The notes under the pieces are model-generated. The model did no database searches, was not told where the DNA came from, and was given only the letters and a program-made list of their open reading frames with translations. A DNA stretch of 64,000 nucleotides from a virus: IMG/VR virus record IMGVR_UViG_3300045988_137040. One strand, written 5' to 3'. The position numbers and the translations under genes were made by a program. Positions 8,653 to 17,137 of the stretch are shown here, one piece after another. Every line of letters starts with the position of its first letter. Position 1 is the first letter of the stretch.

Positions 8653-9377
8653 CGATAAAACAAGTTAAGTCTTTTCTGTCAGTGGATGGCTACAACGAAG
8701 ACTACGATGACAGTCAAGACTTTGACTATAAAATTTCCGATGGCTATGGCAATGGCCATGGCCGCGGCTGTGGCAATGGCTATGGCGATGGCTGTGGCAA
8801 TAGCCATGGCGTTAGCTGTGGCAATGGCAATGGCTATGGCTATGGCGATTGCTGTGGCGGCGTGAAAGAAATCAATGGGCACGCGGTGTATGTGATTGAC
8901 AACACGAGAACCATTATAACCTCTACCCATGGCAATGTAGCGCAAGGCTTCATCCTTGAACATAACACGAAGTTGGTGCCGTGCTATATTGCCAAGGATA
9001 ATAATCACTTCGCTCACGGGAAAACATTGCGTGAAGCTTTCTCGTCCCTTCAAGAGAAGCTCTACGACGACAGCACCGAGGAAGAAAGAATACAAGCGTT
9101 CAAACGAAAGTTCCCCTCTTACGACACGAAGTACAGCAATCAAGACCTGTTCGTTTACCATCATGTGCTCACGGGCAGTTGCCGCATGGGCAGGGAGTCG
9201 TTCGCGAATAGCAGGGGCATCTCGCTTAGCGACGAGACCACCGTCCGAGAGTTCGTCCAGCTCACCAAGGACGCTTACGGTGGCGATATAATCAAGAAGC
9301 TGCCCAAGGCTTATAGCATCTCGCCAATGAGCAACGGAATCTTCCAAGTGGATTTTGACATAGTTTCTCAACGATGA
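8640..9377 (+). CDS. protein with an N-terminal Gly/Tyr/Cys-rich repeat and a conserved phage C-terminal domain
   Basis: Contains GYGNGHGRGCGNGYGDGCGNSHGVSCGNGNGYGYGDCCGG. The C-terminal part includes HHVLTGSCRMGRESF. Confidence 0.7.
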   Translation: MEVLTIKQVKSFLSVDGYNEDYDDSQDFDYKISDGYGNGHGRGCGNGYGDGCGNSHGVSCGNGNGYGYGDCCGGVKEINGHAVYVIDNTRTIITSTHGNVAQGFILEHNTKLVPCYIAKDNNHFAHGKTLREAFSSLQEKLYDDSTEEERIQAFKRKFPSYDTKYSNQDLFVYHHVLTGSCRMGRESFANSRGISLSDETTVREFVQLTKDAYGGDIIKKLPKAYSISPMSNGIFQVDFDIVSQR

Positions 9378-9466
9378 CAACGATATTGTCTTTGATATAG
9401 ACAAAATCACGTCTCTCATAAAGTGGAAGGAATATGTGAAGGAGTGCAGAATCATAAAGTGGCTAT

Positions 9467-10204
9467 ATGTCGATGACTTCTTGCCACGATAAGGAGATAA
9501 GAAGTTTAACGCCTTCGGGCATAAATGTAAACAATATGGCTTGGTTAGCAGTTGATAAAGATGGTACTGAAAAGATTTTCAGCGTAAAGCCTTTCAGAGG
9601 CAATACGCAGGAAGATGAAAGCCACGTGTGGGGTACATACGTAGGTGAAAATTACTGGAGGTGGTATCCTCAACACGATGGTCGCAATGAAGATACAGGC
9701 TATGCTTATTACAAGGGACATTTCATAGAATTGCCTGTAGGAACTATTAGCACGCTTATCGGGAGAAAGCTGTCTTGGACGGATGAACCTGTAGAACTTA
9801 AAGAAAAAGATAGCTATGAGCAAAAAAACAACAAGGTACAATATCAAAAGTGGTTTTGGAGCGACCACATACTCATAACTGATAGCATCAACAACGCATC
9901 CGTGCAGGTAGCCGTGTTCAACCAGCAGGAGCTAAAAGACGAATATCACGCGGACGCCCTTATTTACGCCCTTTACGTTGACGAATCCTGCCGCAAGCGC
10001 GGCATCGGCAAGGGACTTCTCGAACAGGCCGAACGGCTCGCACATGACCATCACTGCCGCGTGGTGGCTCTCGAATGGGAAGAACAGGCAACCCCACGAT
10101 GGACGCTCGAATGGTATCTTAGACAAGGCTATAAAGACACACGGTTAGGGACTGATTGCACCCTGCTTGTTAAAGACCTGCGGAAAGGAGGCAACGATGG
10201 ATAG
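9467..10204 (+). CDS. protein with a C-terminal GNAT N-acetyltransferase domain
   Basis: LYVDESCRKRGIGKGLLEQAERLA is the GNAT motif A (R/Q-x-x-G-x-G/A). The start is uncertain; 9536 is an alternative. Confidence 0.65.
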   Translation: MSMTSCHDKEIRSLTPSGINVNNMAWLAVDKDGTEKIFSVKPFRGNTQEDESHVWGTYVGENYWRWYPQHDGRNEDTGYAYYKGHFIELPVGTISTLIGRKLSWTDEPVELKEKDSYEQKNNKVQYQKWFWSDHILITDSINNASVQVAVFNQQELKDEYHADALIYALYVDESCRKRGIGKGLLEQAERLAHDHHCRVVALEWEEQATPRWTLEWYLRQGYKDTRLGTDCTLLVKDLRKGGNDG

Positions 10205-10418
10205 TAACGCGTGTGATAATACCTTAGTTTTCGGTAGTTGCTACATAAGAAGCAGCATCGAAGTTCCATCGCTGACCGCAGGGAGAGCGAAATGGAAAGC
10301 TTTTTATAAGAAGTTCCCTTGGCTCAAAGGCCAGCCTTTTTACCTCAGACGCTCATGTTACTCTGCGGATGGCGAGAGACATTTAAGAGCAATCAAGATT
10401 AAACTCAAAAAGATATAG
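10197..10418 (+). CDS. hypothetical small protein
   Basis: The track ORF is 10167..10418. The ATG at 10197 overlaps the upstream stop by 8 nt. Confidence 0.45.
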   Translation: MDSNACDNTLVFGSCYIRSSIEVPSLTAGRAKWKAFYKKFPWLKGQPFYLRRSCYSADGERHLRAIKIKLKKI

Positions 10419-10473
10419 TTATTTATGGCAAAACCTTACAGAATCAAACACAAGGCAAGTGGATATTGCAACG

Positions 10474-10605
10474 ATGGACAAGATTAGCGAATTGTCATAC
10501 CTCCACCTTATAGCACAGCTCGAAGAAGAAAACAGGCTCTTGCGAGACGAGGCAAAACACCTACGCCTCGCGATAAAGGATTACTTAAACAAAAAAAACA
10601 CATGA
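10474..10605 (+). CDS. small coiled-coil ORF (43 aa)
   Basis: MDKISELSYLHLIAQLEEENRLLRDEAKHLRLAIKDYL. ATGA overlap with the next ORF. Confidence 0.35.
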   Translation: MDKISELSYLHLIAQLEEENRLLRDEAKHLRLAIKDYLNKKNT

Positions 10606-10775
10606 AAATCAGACTGGCAAAGAAGATAATGAACACGAGGACAGACCGCCTTGCCCCCTATTGGTATGACAGGTTGGTTGATACCTTGGTAACTCAAACA
10701 AGGATAGACCATCGAATCAAAAAGGCGGCAAGGCTAATAAGCAAGTACAATTACAATAAATTCAATAAGCAGTAA
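10602..10775 (+). CDS. small basic ORF (57 aa)
   Basis: ATG at 10602 and TAA at 10773-10775. Coupled to the previous small ORF. Confidence 0.35.
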   Translation: MKIRLAKKIMNTRTDRLAPYWYDRLVDTLVTQTRIDHRIKKAARLISKYNYNKFNKQ

Positions 10776-10830
10776 ACTACCTACAGGCTAAAGACCTATG
10801 GGTTTTACGGCGCTCAATATAAATGATAAT

Positions 10831-11394
10831 ATGAGAGCAGTTAAATTTCGTGGCAAAGACATCTTTACTGATGCTTGGCGATATGGTGACCTGGTTCACA
10901 ACCAGAAAGTAACAGCAACTGGCTTAGAGCCTTGTACAATGGTTGGTGGATATGAGGTTGACCCAGAGACTGTTGGCATCAACACTGGACTGATAGACAA
11001 AAACGGCAAGATGATATATGACGGCGATTTACTCGCCCATAATGGCAAAGTTATCGGTCATGTTGCTGATGTGCGTGGTTACCGCTTTGATGTGGTGTAT
11101 GCCAACCCTGTAAGCGAACGCACATGGTCGTTATATGGAGCTGTTGTTAACGATTACAGTGGCGATGTAGAGATTGTAGGCTCCATCCACGATAAGGAGT
11201 GGAAAGAAAGACTGACAAAGAAAATAATGAAACACCAAATTTACCACATCGACACCCCTGCCACTACCACTTACTTCCAAGTCGCCGACGGCAAGGTCTC
11301 GTGCGAGGGCAAGCCTACCAACGTCTCGCCCGACAAGCTCTTCCTCTTCTTAGCTATCGCCCGTGAACTCGGGCTGAAAGGAGGTGCGCTATGA
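10831..11394 (+). CDS. YopX-like phage protein
   Basis: MRAVKFRGKD...GGYEVDPETVGINTGLIDKNGKMIYDGDLL fits the YopX pattern. The track ORF starts at 10798. Confidence 0.65.
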   Translation: MRAVKFRGKDIFTDAWRYGDLVHNQKVTATGLEPCTMVGGYEVDPETVGINTGLIDKNGKMIYDGDLLAHNGKVIGHVADVRGYRFDVVYANPVSERTWSLYGAVVNDYSGDVEIVGSIHDKEWKERLTKKIMKHQIYHIDTPATTTYFQVADGKVSCEGKPTNVSPDKLFLFLAIARELGLKGGAL

Positions 11395-11759
11395 GCGGCG
11401 GCTACTTCGATTACGCGCAGTCCCGAATCGACGACATCGCCGACCGCATCGAGGATTACCTCTACGGCCACGAGCTCGATGAGGGTGATGTGCAAGACCT
11501 CATTCACGACAGTTTCGGAGACGACGATGAGCCAACCGAGTATGCCATCAACCACCACCACACCATGCCCAACTGCTTCGGTTATCGCTTCCTCACGCTC
11601 CAGGAACTCAAACGTGCCGTCCGCTACCTGCGCAAGGCGGCCATCTACGCCCAGCGCGCCGACTATCTGCTGAGTGGCGACGATAGCGAGGAGGCGTTTC
11701 AGAAACGTCTTAGACATGACCTCACCGACCTCGCCAAAGGCCGGGAAGTGGATTTTTAA
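11391..11759 (+). CDS. hypothetical acidic protein
   Basis: 122 aa. ATGA overlap with the YopX-like gene. Confidence 0.7.
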   Translation: MSGGYFDYAQSRIDDIADRIEDYLYGHELDEGDVQDLIHDSFGDDDEPTEYAINHHHTMPNCFGYRFLTLQELKRAVRYLRKAAIYAQRADYLLSGDDSEEAFQKRLRHDLTDLAKGREVDF

Positions 11760-11815
11760 TCAACACCCCAACCGTCCGAATAGTCTATAATCAACCATCG
11801 AAACACACAACAACA

Positions 11816-12061
11816 ATGACACAATTTGAAGTAGAATTGAAGCAAAGCCAGCTTTTCCGCGCATACTGCGCACAGGCCGAACTATTGAGACAAGAACTTA
11901 TGAATAACGGCATCGAGCTTCAGGCGGCACGACAGACCGCCAATCACACCCACGAAGAACTGCTCGACCTCTTACACCATCGTGTCGAGATGGAGCGCAA
12001 GCTCCACGAGTTGAGGACCGAGCACATGGCGCGCCATGCACAACCACGACAAAAAAAATGA
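11816..12061 (+). CDS. hypothetical coiled-coil protein
   Basis: 81-aa ORF. Confidence 0.6.
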   Translation: MTQFEVELKQSQLFRAYCAQAELLRQELMNNGIELQAARQTANHTHEELLDLLHHRVEMERKLHELRTEHMARHAQPRQKK

Positions 12062-12519
12062 ACAAGGACAAGAAATACCGCAAGGGATTTATCAATCTTG
12101 AGTCGTGGATAATGGGTTGTCGCCACGAGATGCTTGCCGACAAGCCTACATATCCCGACCATTACAAAGAAGAACATCAAGAACAATCAAAACACAATAT
12201 CACTATGAAATTTACAAAAGTAATCGAAGGCTTACAGCAAGGCCATAACTACACACGTTCGTTGTGGAACGGCAAGAAGTTTATTACGCTCCAGATACCG
12301 GCAGACATTTCTCGCGACATTATACCGAAGATGACGAGTCTGAACGATGAAGCGAAAGAGTTGCTTCTTGACCACGGCGACGGAATGATACATTATCGCA
12401 ATCAAGTGTTGCAAGTGTCGCTCGACAATGACGACCGTCAGAATATCGCCACTTACTACATCCCTACTTGGGAGGATATATTTGCCGATGACTGGTTTTG
12501 GTCAGATACTAAAGAATAA
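12058..12519 (+). CDS. DUF2829 (Tad2-family-like) protein with a 49-aa N-terminal extension
   Basis: From M50 (nt 12205): MKFTKVIEGLQQGHNYTRSLWNGKKF...IPTWEDIFADDWFW fits the DUF2829 pattern (F..A...L..G....R..WNGK ... D..A.DW). ATGA overlap at 12058. Confidence 0.6.
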   Translation: MNKDKKYRKGFINLESWIMGCRHEMLADKPTYPDHYKEEHQEQSKHNITMKFTKVIEGLQQGHNYTRSLWNGKKFITLQIPADISRDIIPKMTSLNDEAKELLLDHGDGMIHYRNQVLQVSLDNDDRQNIATYYIPTWEDIFADDWFWSDTKE

Positions 12520-12549
12520 AAACATTTTATCCGCAAAACAATAGAAACA

Positions 12550-13164
12550 ATGAAAACAAAAAACATCATTATGGCATCCATACTGCTTGTGGTAGCCATC
12601 GTTATCGGCTCATTGGTAGCCACCTACTTCAGTTACAACAACCGCGAGATTGCGCTGCGCCAACAGGCAGAGGCACAGCGCGGAAAGATTGAGGGCGTTC
12701 ACGACAAGATGTGGAAAATCATTCAGCAGAAGGCGCAGGTTACGGACGAGTATAAGCAGACCTTCGAGAAGATTTATCCGCAGCTCATTGCCGGACGCTA
12801 TCAGAACGACCAGGGCACGATGATGAAGTGGATTAAGGAGAGCAACCCCAACTTTGATGTATCGCTCTACCGCGACCTTATGCAAGCCATCGAGATACAG
12901 CGCACCGAGTTTCAGACCTCGCAGGAACGTATGCTCGACATCATCCGTGAACACGAAACACTCACTCGCACCTACCCTGCCCGATGGTTTGTGTCTAACA
13001 CCATGCCTATCGAGTATAAGGTTATCTCTTCGTCGCGATCCAAGGAAGTGATGACGGAAGGCGAAGATAAAAGACCATCGCTATATGGATTGCCACATTT
13101 GGTATGGATTCGAGGAATTGTTCAAGGAGAATATGGAGAGGAAGAAGAATGGAGTGTAAACTGA
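12550..13164 (+). CDS. membrane-anchored LemA-like protein
   Basis: N-terminal TM helix ASILLVVAIVIGSLVATYF. SYNNREIAL...RTEFQTSQERMLDIIREHETLTRTYPARWF loosely fits the LemA pattern. Confidence 0.4.
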   Translation: MKTKNIIMASILLVVAIVIGSLVATYFSYNNREIALRQQAEAQRGKIEGVHDKMWKIIQQKAQVTDEYKQTFEKIYPQLIAGRYQNDQGTMMKWIKESNPNFDVSLYRDLMQAIEIQRTEFQTSQERMLDIIREHETLTRTYPARWFVSNTMPIEYKVISSSRSKEVMTEGEDKRPSLYGLPHLVWIRGIVQGEYGEEEEWSVN

Positions 13165-13337
13165 CCCACGTCGCACCCTCCTTCCGTCTAAATGGGGGGG
13201 GTAGCGGACAAATGGTGAATGTTACTGACGGATGTTGTGCGGCAACCATAACCACACGCTACGAGGCTATCGGACCTATCAACATCCTCACGCTCGCCCA
13301 TTTCCCAAGGACAGGAGTAATCGTAGAATATGTTTAA
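13149..13337 (+). CDS. mini-ORF A of a tandem array (62 aa; alternative start 13212, 41 aa)
   Basis: MECKLTHVAPSFRLNGGGSGQMVNVTDGCCAATITTRYEAIG...GVIVEYV*. It contains a G8 tract (13194-13201). Its stop overlaps the ATG of ORF B. Confidence 0.4.
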   Translation: MECKLTHVAPSFRLNGGGSGQMVNVTDGCCAATITTRYEAIGPINILTLAHFPRTGVIVEYV

Positions 13338-13485
13338 CAAGAATGCTCGCCCCATTATCCTTGGCTCCTACAGTCCCTCGCAGAACGGCATCATCGTGTC
13401 GCCACACGGCATAGCCCTGTGTATTGCCGGGGGAGGTAAGGGTCACGACGTGGATAAACCGAAAATATTGATAGAGTATGATTAA
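13330..13485 (+). CDS. mini-ORF B of the tandem array (51 aa)
   Basis: MFNKNARPIILGSYSPSQNGIIVSPHGIALCIAGGGKGHDVDKPKILIEYD*. Both junctions are ATG/stop overlaps. Confidence 0.45.
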   Translation: MFNKNARPIILGSYSPSQNGIIVSPHGIALCIAGGGKGHDVDKPKILIEYD

Positions 13486-13627
13486 ACAAATCCCTTTCGT
13501 ACAACGCACATCACAGCTCTGCCCACGTCGGGGGTACTCCACCGCACTGTCCGCACGCTACGACGGATGGGCAGGACTCTACGACGAGCACGGACAGCAC
13601 ACCATTGTATTGATAGAATATGACTGA
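13478..13627 (+). CDS. mini-ORF C of the tandem array (49 aa)
   Basis: MIKQIPFVQRTSQLCPRRGYSTALSARYDGWAGLYDEHGQHTIVLIEYD*. Overlapping junctions on both sides. Confidence 0.45.
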   Translation: MIKQIPFVQRTSQLCPRRGYSTALSARYDGWAGLYDEHGQHTIVLIEYD

Positions 13628-13799
13628 TAAGTATTACATCGGCTGGGTACGCAGTGGCAAGGACGGCAAGGGCCTCGTAAAGTACCGACCGCGCAAGCGG
13701 ATAGCCAATGCCGTGACCTCAATGTTCGGGTGGGGTGTTACAGACCCTCGTGACGGACTGGGAAACACCACGCCGCATATAGTATATGAATTTGAATAA
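13620..13799 (+). CDS. mini-ORF D of the tandem array (59 aa)
   Basis: MTDKYYIGWVRSGKDGKGLVKYRPRKRIANAVTSMFGWGVTDPRDGLGNTTPHIVYEFE*. Confidence 0.45.
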   Translation: MTDKYYIGWVRSGKDGKGLVKYRPRKRIANAVTSMFGWGVTDPRDGLGNTTPHIVYEFE

Positions 13800-13819
13800 C
13801 CCATAAAACAAAAAAAACA

Positions 13820-14221
13820 ATGGAAAAAGACAAAAACGTAGAGATAGGCCGTGCTCTCGCCAAATTCGATACGGCCTGTCGCGATTTGGTCAACCTTGTC
13901 AACGACCAGCTCTTCGAGACCTCCCGCTCACCCTACTGGGTAGCCGACGAGGTAGGAGGCATCTGCGACTTCGGCGATACCGACTTCCTCACGCCCGAAG
14001 AAATGGTGCTCATTCTCAAACACGGCGTCAGCTACGACGACTATGTAGAGTGGCGCGAAGCCAACATCAAGCATGGCGACACCAAAGGCCGCATCAAACT
14101 CAAGTCATGGCTCCGCGGATGCCGACACGACCAGTCGCCCGGCTTGCTGGCAATGCCCACTACGCCCACAATGCCCATTAGGCCTAACATAAACTCAACA
14201 AAGAAATTAAAAAAAGAATAG
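13820..14221 (+). CDS. hypothetical protein
   Basis: 133 aa. The C-terminal KGRIKLKSWLRGCRHD resembles the N-terminal extension of the 12058 ORF. Confidence 0.7.
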   Translation: MEKDKNVEIGRALAKFDTACRDLVNLVNDQLFETSRSPYWVADEVGGICDFGDTDFLTPEEMVLILKHGVSYDDYVEWREANIKHGDTKGRIKLKSWLRGCRHDQSPGLLAMPTTPTMPIRPNINSTKKLKKE

Positions 14222-14226
14222 AAACT

Positions 14227-15234
14227 ATGGAACAGAAACAAAAGGTTTGGATTCGCGGCGTGAAAGGCCGTGGTGACGAGGTAATCAAGATGCTCATGGA
14301 CTTGGGAGCAAAGAACTGTGACGATTTGGCTGGAAACGACCCGAACAGAGTATATTCCATCACCACCGACGGGGCGATTGCTTGTACACGCGACGGTGTA
14401 ACCATTGAAACGCTGAAGACTTATTGCCGTGAGATAAAGCTGCCGGAGAAGTGGGTGACCGGCTATGTGCTGGATACAAGACAGCCCGACTATGACACTC
14501 TCTATTTCTATATCACAAGCGGTGGCGATGTGCAAGCCGCTTTAGTCAAGGGTATCCTCGACTACCAGCGTTTCCTCATCGGCAACTTCTTCCATACCCA
14601 CGTGGAAGCTTTTGATATGGCGGAGAAGTACAAGCAACTGCTGGAAGGGGATGCCGATGAACATCAGAGCAAACAAATTATAAGACATGTAAACATCACG
14701 ACCATTAACGAGAATGGTGTGTACCTTGTCGAGAAAGGCTTTGTGCCAGTTCGACTAAAGGATTTCACAGATGCACAATCGGCAAAGCGCTGTAATGTCA
14801 TGGTAAGCTACCATGGCCACAAGTGGATTGTTGCAAAAGAAGACTTGAAGGGTGGTAAATTACCTCTGTTTTCAGACGGTTCGCATCCAAAAGGTAACCC
14901 CTCATTCTACAAATGCGAAATAGAGGCTCTTAACGATTTCAACATGAAGTCTTGCACAGAGCATCTTCGTGAGGCTGGCCTTGCATTCGAGTTGGATACA
15001 GACCTGTGTATTCCTACTGCCGGACAACTTGCAGCTATGTATCTCTACCGAAAAGAGCTTAACAAGGCTCTTGAAATGGTAGGCGGCGCTCCAATGAAAG
15101 GAAATGCGTACTGGTCATCATGCGAGCTCAGCGCGGGTGAAAGTTGGGTTGTGTACTTCTGTGGCGGCTACGTCTACAACAACGGCAAGTACGCCAGCTA
15201 CTGCGTTCGCCCTTGCACGGCATTTGAAGTTTAA
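14227..15234 (+). CDS. DUF1566 (Lcl C-terminal-like) domain protein
   Basis: The C-terminus IPTAGQLAAMYLY...AYWSSCELSAGESWVVYFCGGYVYNNGKYASYCVRPC fits the DUF1566 pattern. Confidence 0.6.
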   Translation: MEQKQKVWIRGVKGRGDEVIKMLMDLGAKNCDDLAGNDPNRVYSITTDGAIACTRDGVTIETLKTYCREIKLPEKWVTGYVLDTRQPDYDTLYFYITSGGDVQAALVKGILDYQRFLIGNFFHTHVEAFDMAEKYKQLLEGDADEHQSKQIIRHVNITTINENGVYLVEKGFVPVRLKDFTDAQSAKRCNVMVSYHGHKWIVAKEDLKGGKLPLFSDGSHPKGNPSFYKCEIEALNDFNMKSCTEHLREAGLAFELDTDLCIPTAGQLAAMYLYRKELNKALEMVGGAPMKGNAYWSSCELSAGESWVVYFCGGYVYNNGKYASYCVRPCTAFEV

Positions 15235-15313
15235 TTTTCCCCTTAAAGCTTGCGACTGTTTCAAAGGCGCAAGCTATAAATAAAAGTTAAGCTTAACTTA
15301 GCTAAAAATTCAT

Positions 15314-15348
15314 GGGAGGCTCGTCGGAATGGCGCGCTTCCCTTTTTT
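15314..15348 (+). terminator. candidate intrinsic terminator at the end of the early block
   Basis: GGGAGGC...GCTTCCC stem (7 bp including one wobble) followed by TTTTTT. Confidence 0.4.
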
Positions 15349-15456
15349 GAAAACCCTGTTACAACCTCTCATGCTGAACTGACGTAGATTTATGCCCTTG
15401 ACCTAAGCTCCCAAATTTATTAACTTTCGGGCAAAATCAATTCAAAACGTCAAGTT

Positions 15457-17091
15457 ATGGACATTTCACTTTTGAATATTCTTCGCACGGTGTCATGGGA
15501 CTTCCGTCGCGACATGGCACAGAGTTATGCCAACGGCCTGAAGAAGGCCATCGAGGTGCATATTGATAATGATGTAGAGAAGGAGCAGGGTTACTTCCTC
15601 TCCAAGAAAGGCCTAATCTCCAAAGAGAATGGCAAGCGCCATGCGGCCAACTTCGAGGACAAACTCTATGTCGGCAACATCCACAGCATCGAGAACCATC
15701 TGTATTGGAACGACGAGGAACTGGCCGACGACGATCAGGTCATCAACGTGGTAAACATCAACGGCCCCGTCACCCGTGACGGTGGCGCATGCTCGTATGG
15801 CACCAAGGACTGGCGCGACCAAATTCTCTATGCCGATACTATCCCGCAGGTCATCGGCCACCTCTTCATCGTCAACAGTCCCGGTGGTGAGAGCGCATGC
15901 CGTAAGGATTACGACTTGATGATGGAGGATTGGCGTGCGCACAAGAAACCTGCCGTGATGTATGTCGATGGCATGGCTTGTTCCTCCCTCGTCAACCTCG
16001 GATGCCGTTGCGACCGTGTGGTGGTGCGGAACCCCAAGGACGACTTCGGCTGCATCGGTTCGATGGCTGCGTTCTGGGCTACCCCGGACGGTGCCAAGGA
16101 TATGGACGGCTCCCGATATATCGAGATAGTAGGCGACAACGCTCCCGAAAAGAACGATTGGTATCGCAATGCCGCCGAGGGCGACTACGAGAAGTTGAAG
16201 ACACTCATTAACAAGGACACCAACGAGTTTCAACAGACCGTCCGCGACAACCGTCCATTGGTGGAGGACTGGATGTTGAGCGGTAACGTGTTCGAGGCTC
16301 AGCAAGTGATGCCGGCTCTCGTCGATGAGATTGGCACTCTCGACCGCGCCATCGAGTGCGTCTTTGAGTTGGCTGATGGTAAGTTGGCTCCTGCACGTGA
16401 GGCAAAGAAAGAGCCCAAGGTGGAGCCAGACCCACAGAAAGAGCCGGAAACCGACCCCGACCCCGACGCACAGCCCTCTCCCGAAGATCCGGAAGACGAG
16501 CCAGAAAGTGATCACAAAATTAATAATAATATGACAGAGGACAAAAAGGAAGAGCTCGCAACCATTGAGCAACCCGAAGCCGAACAGGTCAGCACATCTC
16601 CCGAGGAGACCCCCCAGGGCGAAAAGCCCGATAACAACGAGGACGCCCAGGAGAAGAAAAACGAGGAACCCAACGACGACCCCAACAGTGGCGAGAACCG
16701 TGGCAACAATGACACTCCTGATGATGCAGCTACAAAAGCTATCATCGCTAACCTCGACAATAAGATTAGAGCAAAAGACAAGGCTATTGCCGAAAAAGAC
16801 CATGAGATTATCAACCTCAAGACAATGCTCGAAAAGTCGAAAAAAGAGAACAATGACGCCATCGCGCAACTGAAGATGCAGATTGCAGAACTTCACAAGG
16901 AGGTGAAAGAGCTTGCGTCAGAGCCAACCCCAATGACCGAAGGCACTGAAGCTCCTAAAGACAACGGTACAGGCGTACCTGAAACTGGGACGGTAAAGAG
17001 CGTCATAACAGCAGACATGAGCGCGGACGAAATTCGCAAGCGTCTCCGTGAACAAGACAAGGCTATAGCAACCAAGCGACGGCGCATGTAA
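15457..17091 (+). CDS. S49/SppA-ClpP-type prohead protease fused to an acidic coiled-coil scaffold-like C-terminus
   Basis: LFIVNSPGGES...VDGMACSSLVNLG gives the serine-peptidase S49 pattern. The C-terminal 220 aa are P/E/D-rich and then coiled coil. It lies directly upstream of the capsid gene. Confidence 0.7.
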   Translation: MDISLLNILRTVSWDFRRDMAQSYANGLKKAIEVHIDNDVEKEQGYFLSKKGLISKENGKRHAANFEDKLYVGNIHSIENHLYWNDEELADDDQVINVVNINGPVTRDGGACSYGTKDWRDQILYADTIPQVIGHLFIVNSPGGESACRKDYDLMMEDWRAHKKPAVMYVDGMACSSLVNLGCRCDRVVVRNPKDDFGCIGSMAAFWATPDGAKDMDGSRYIEIVGDNAPEKNDWYRNAAEGDYEKLKTLINKDTNEFQQTVRDNRPLVEDWMLSGNVFEAQQVMPALVDEIGTLDRAIECVFELADGKLAPAREAKKEPKVEPDPQKEPETDPDPDAQPSPEDPEDEPESDHKINNNMTEDKKEELATIEQPEAEQVSTSPEETPQGEKPDNNEDAQEKKNEEPNDDPNSGENRGNNDTPDDAATKAIIANLDNKIRAKDKAIAEKDHEIINLKTMLEKSKKENNDAIAQLKMQIAELHKEVKELASEPTPMTEGTEAPKDNGTGVPETGTVKSVITADMSADEIRKRLREQDKAIATKRRRM

Positions 17092-17137
17092 AAACAAAGG
17101 ATAAGACACATTTTTTTAACACAAAAACAATAAGATT

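Noticed and set aside
13104-13800. Treating the mini-ORF region as ordinary spurious ORFs (13104..13337 +, 13232..13414 +, 13288..13542 -)
   Set aside because: The track ORFs in other frames lack any pattern. The four in-series frames show repeated C-terminal motifs and exact ATG/stop overlaps. I therefore kept the coupled mini-ORF reading, with a decayed methyltransferase pseudogene as the stated alternative.
14950-15456. Diversity-generating retroelement targeting the DUF1566 C-terminus
   Set aside because: DUF1566/CLec domains are common DGR targets. However, I found no template repeat resembling the last ~130 bp of the gene downstream or elsewhere. No reverse transcriptase ORF is present in the window.
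15613-16896. 427-aa minus-strand ORF; likewise 21583..22407 (+), 8679..9455 (-), 31836..32564 (+) and 52576..53250 (+)
   Set aside because: Each is antisense to a gene with recognisable motifs (S49 protease, methyltransferase, Gly-repeat protein, J-domain protein, terminase). Each has a repetitive, low-complexity translation.
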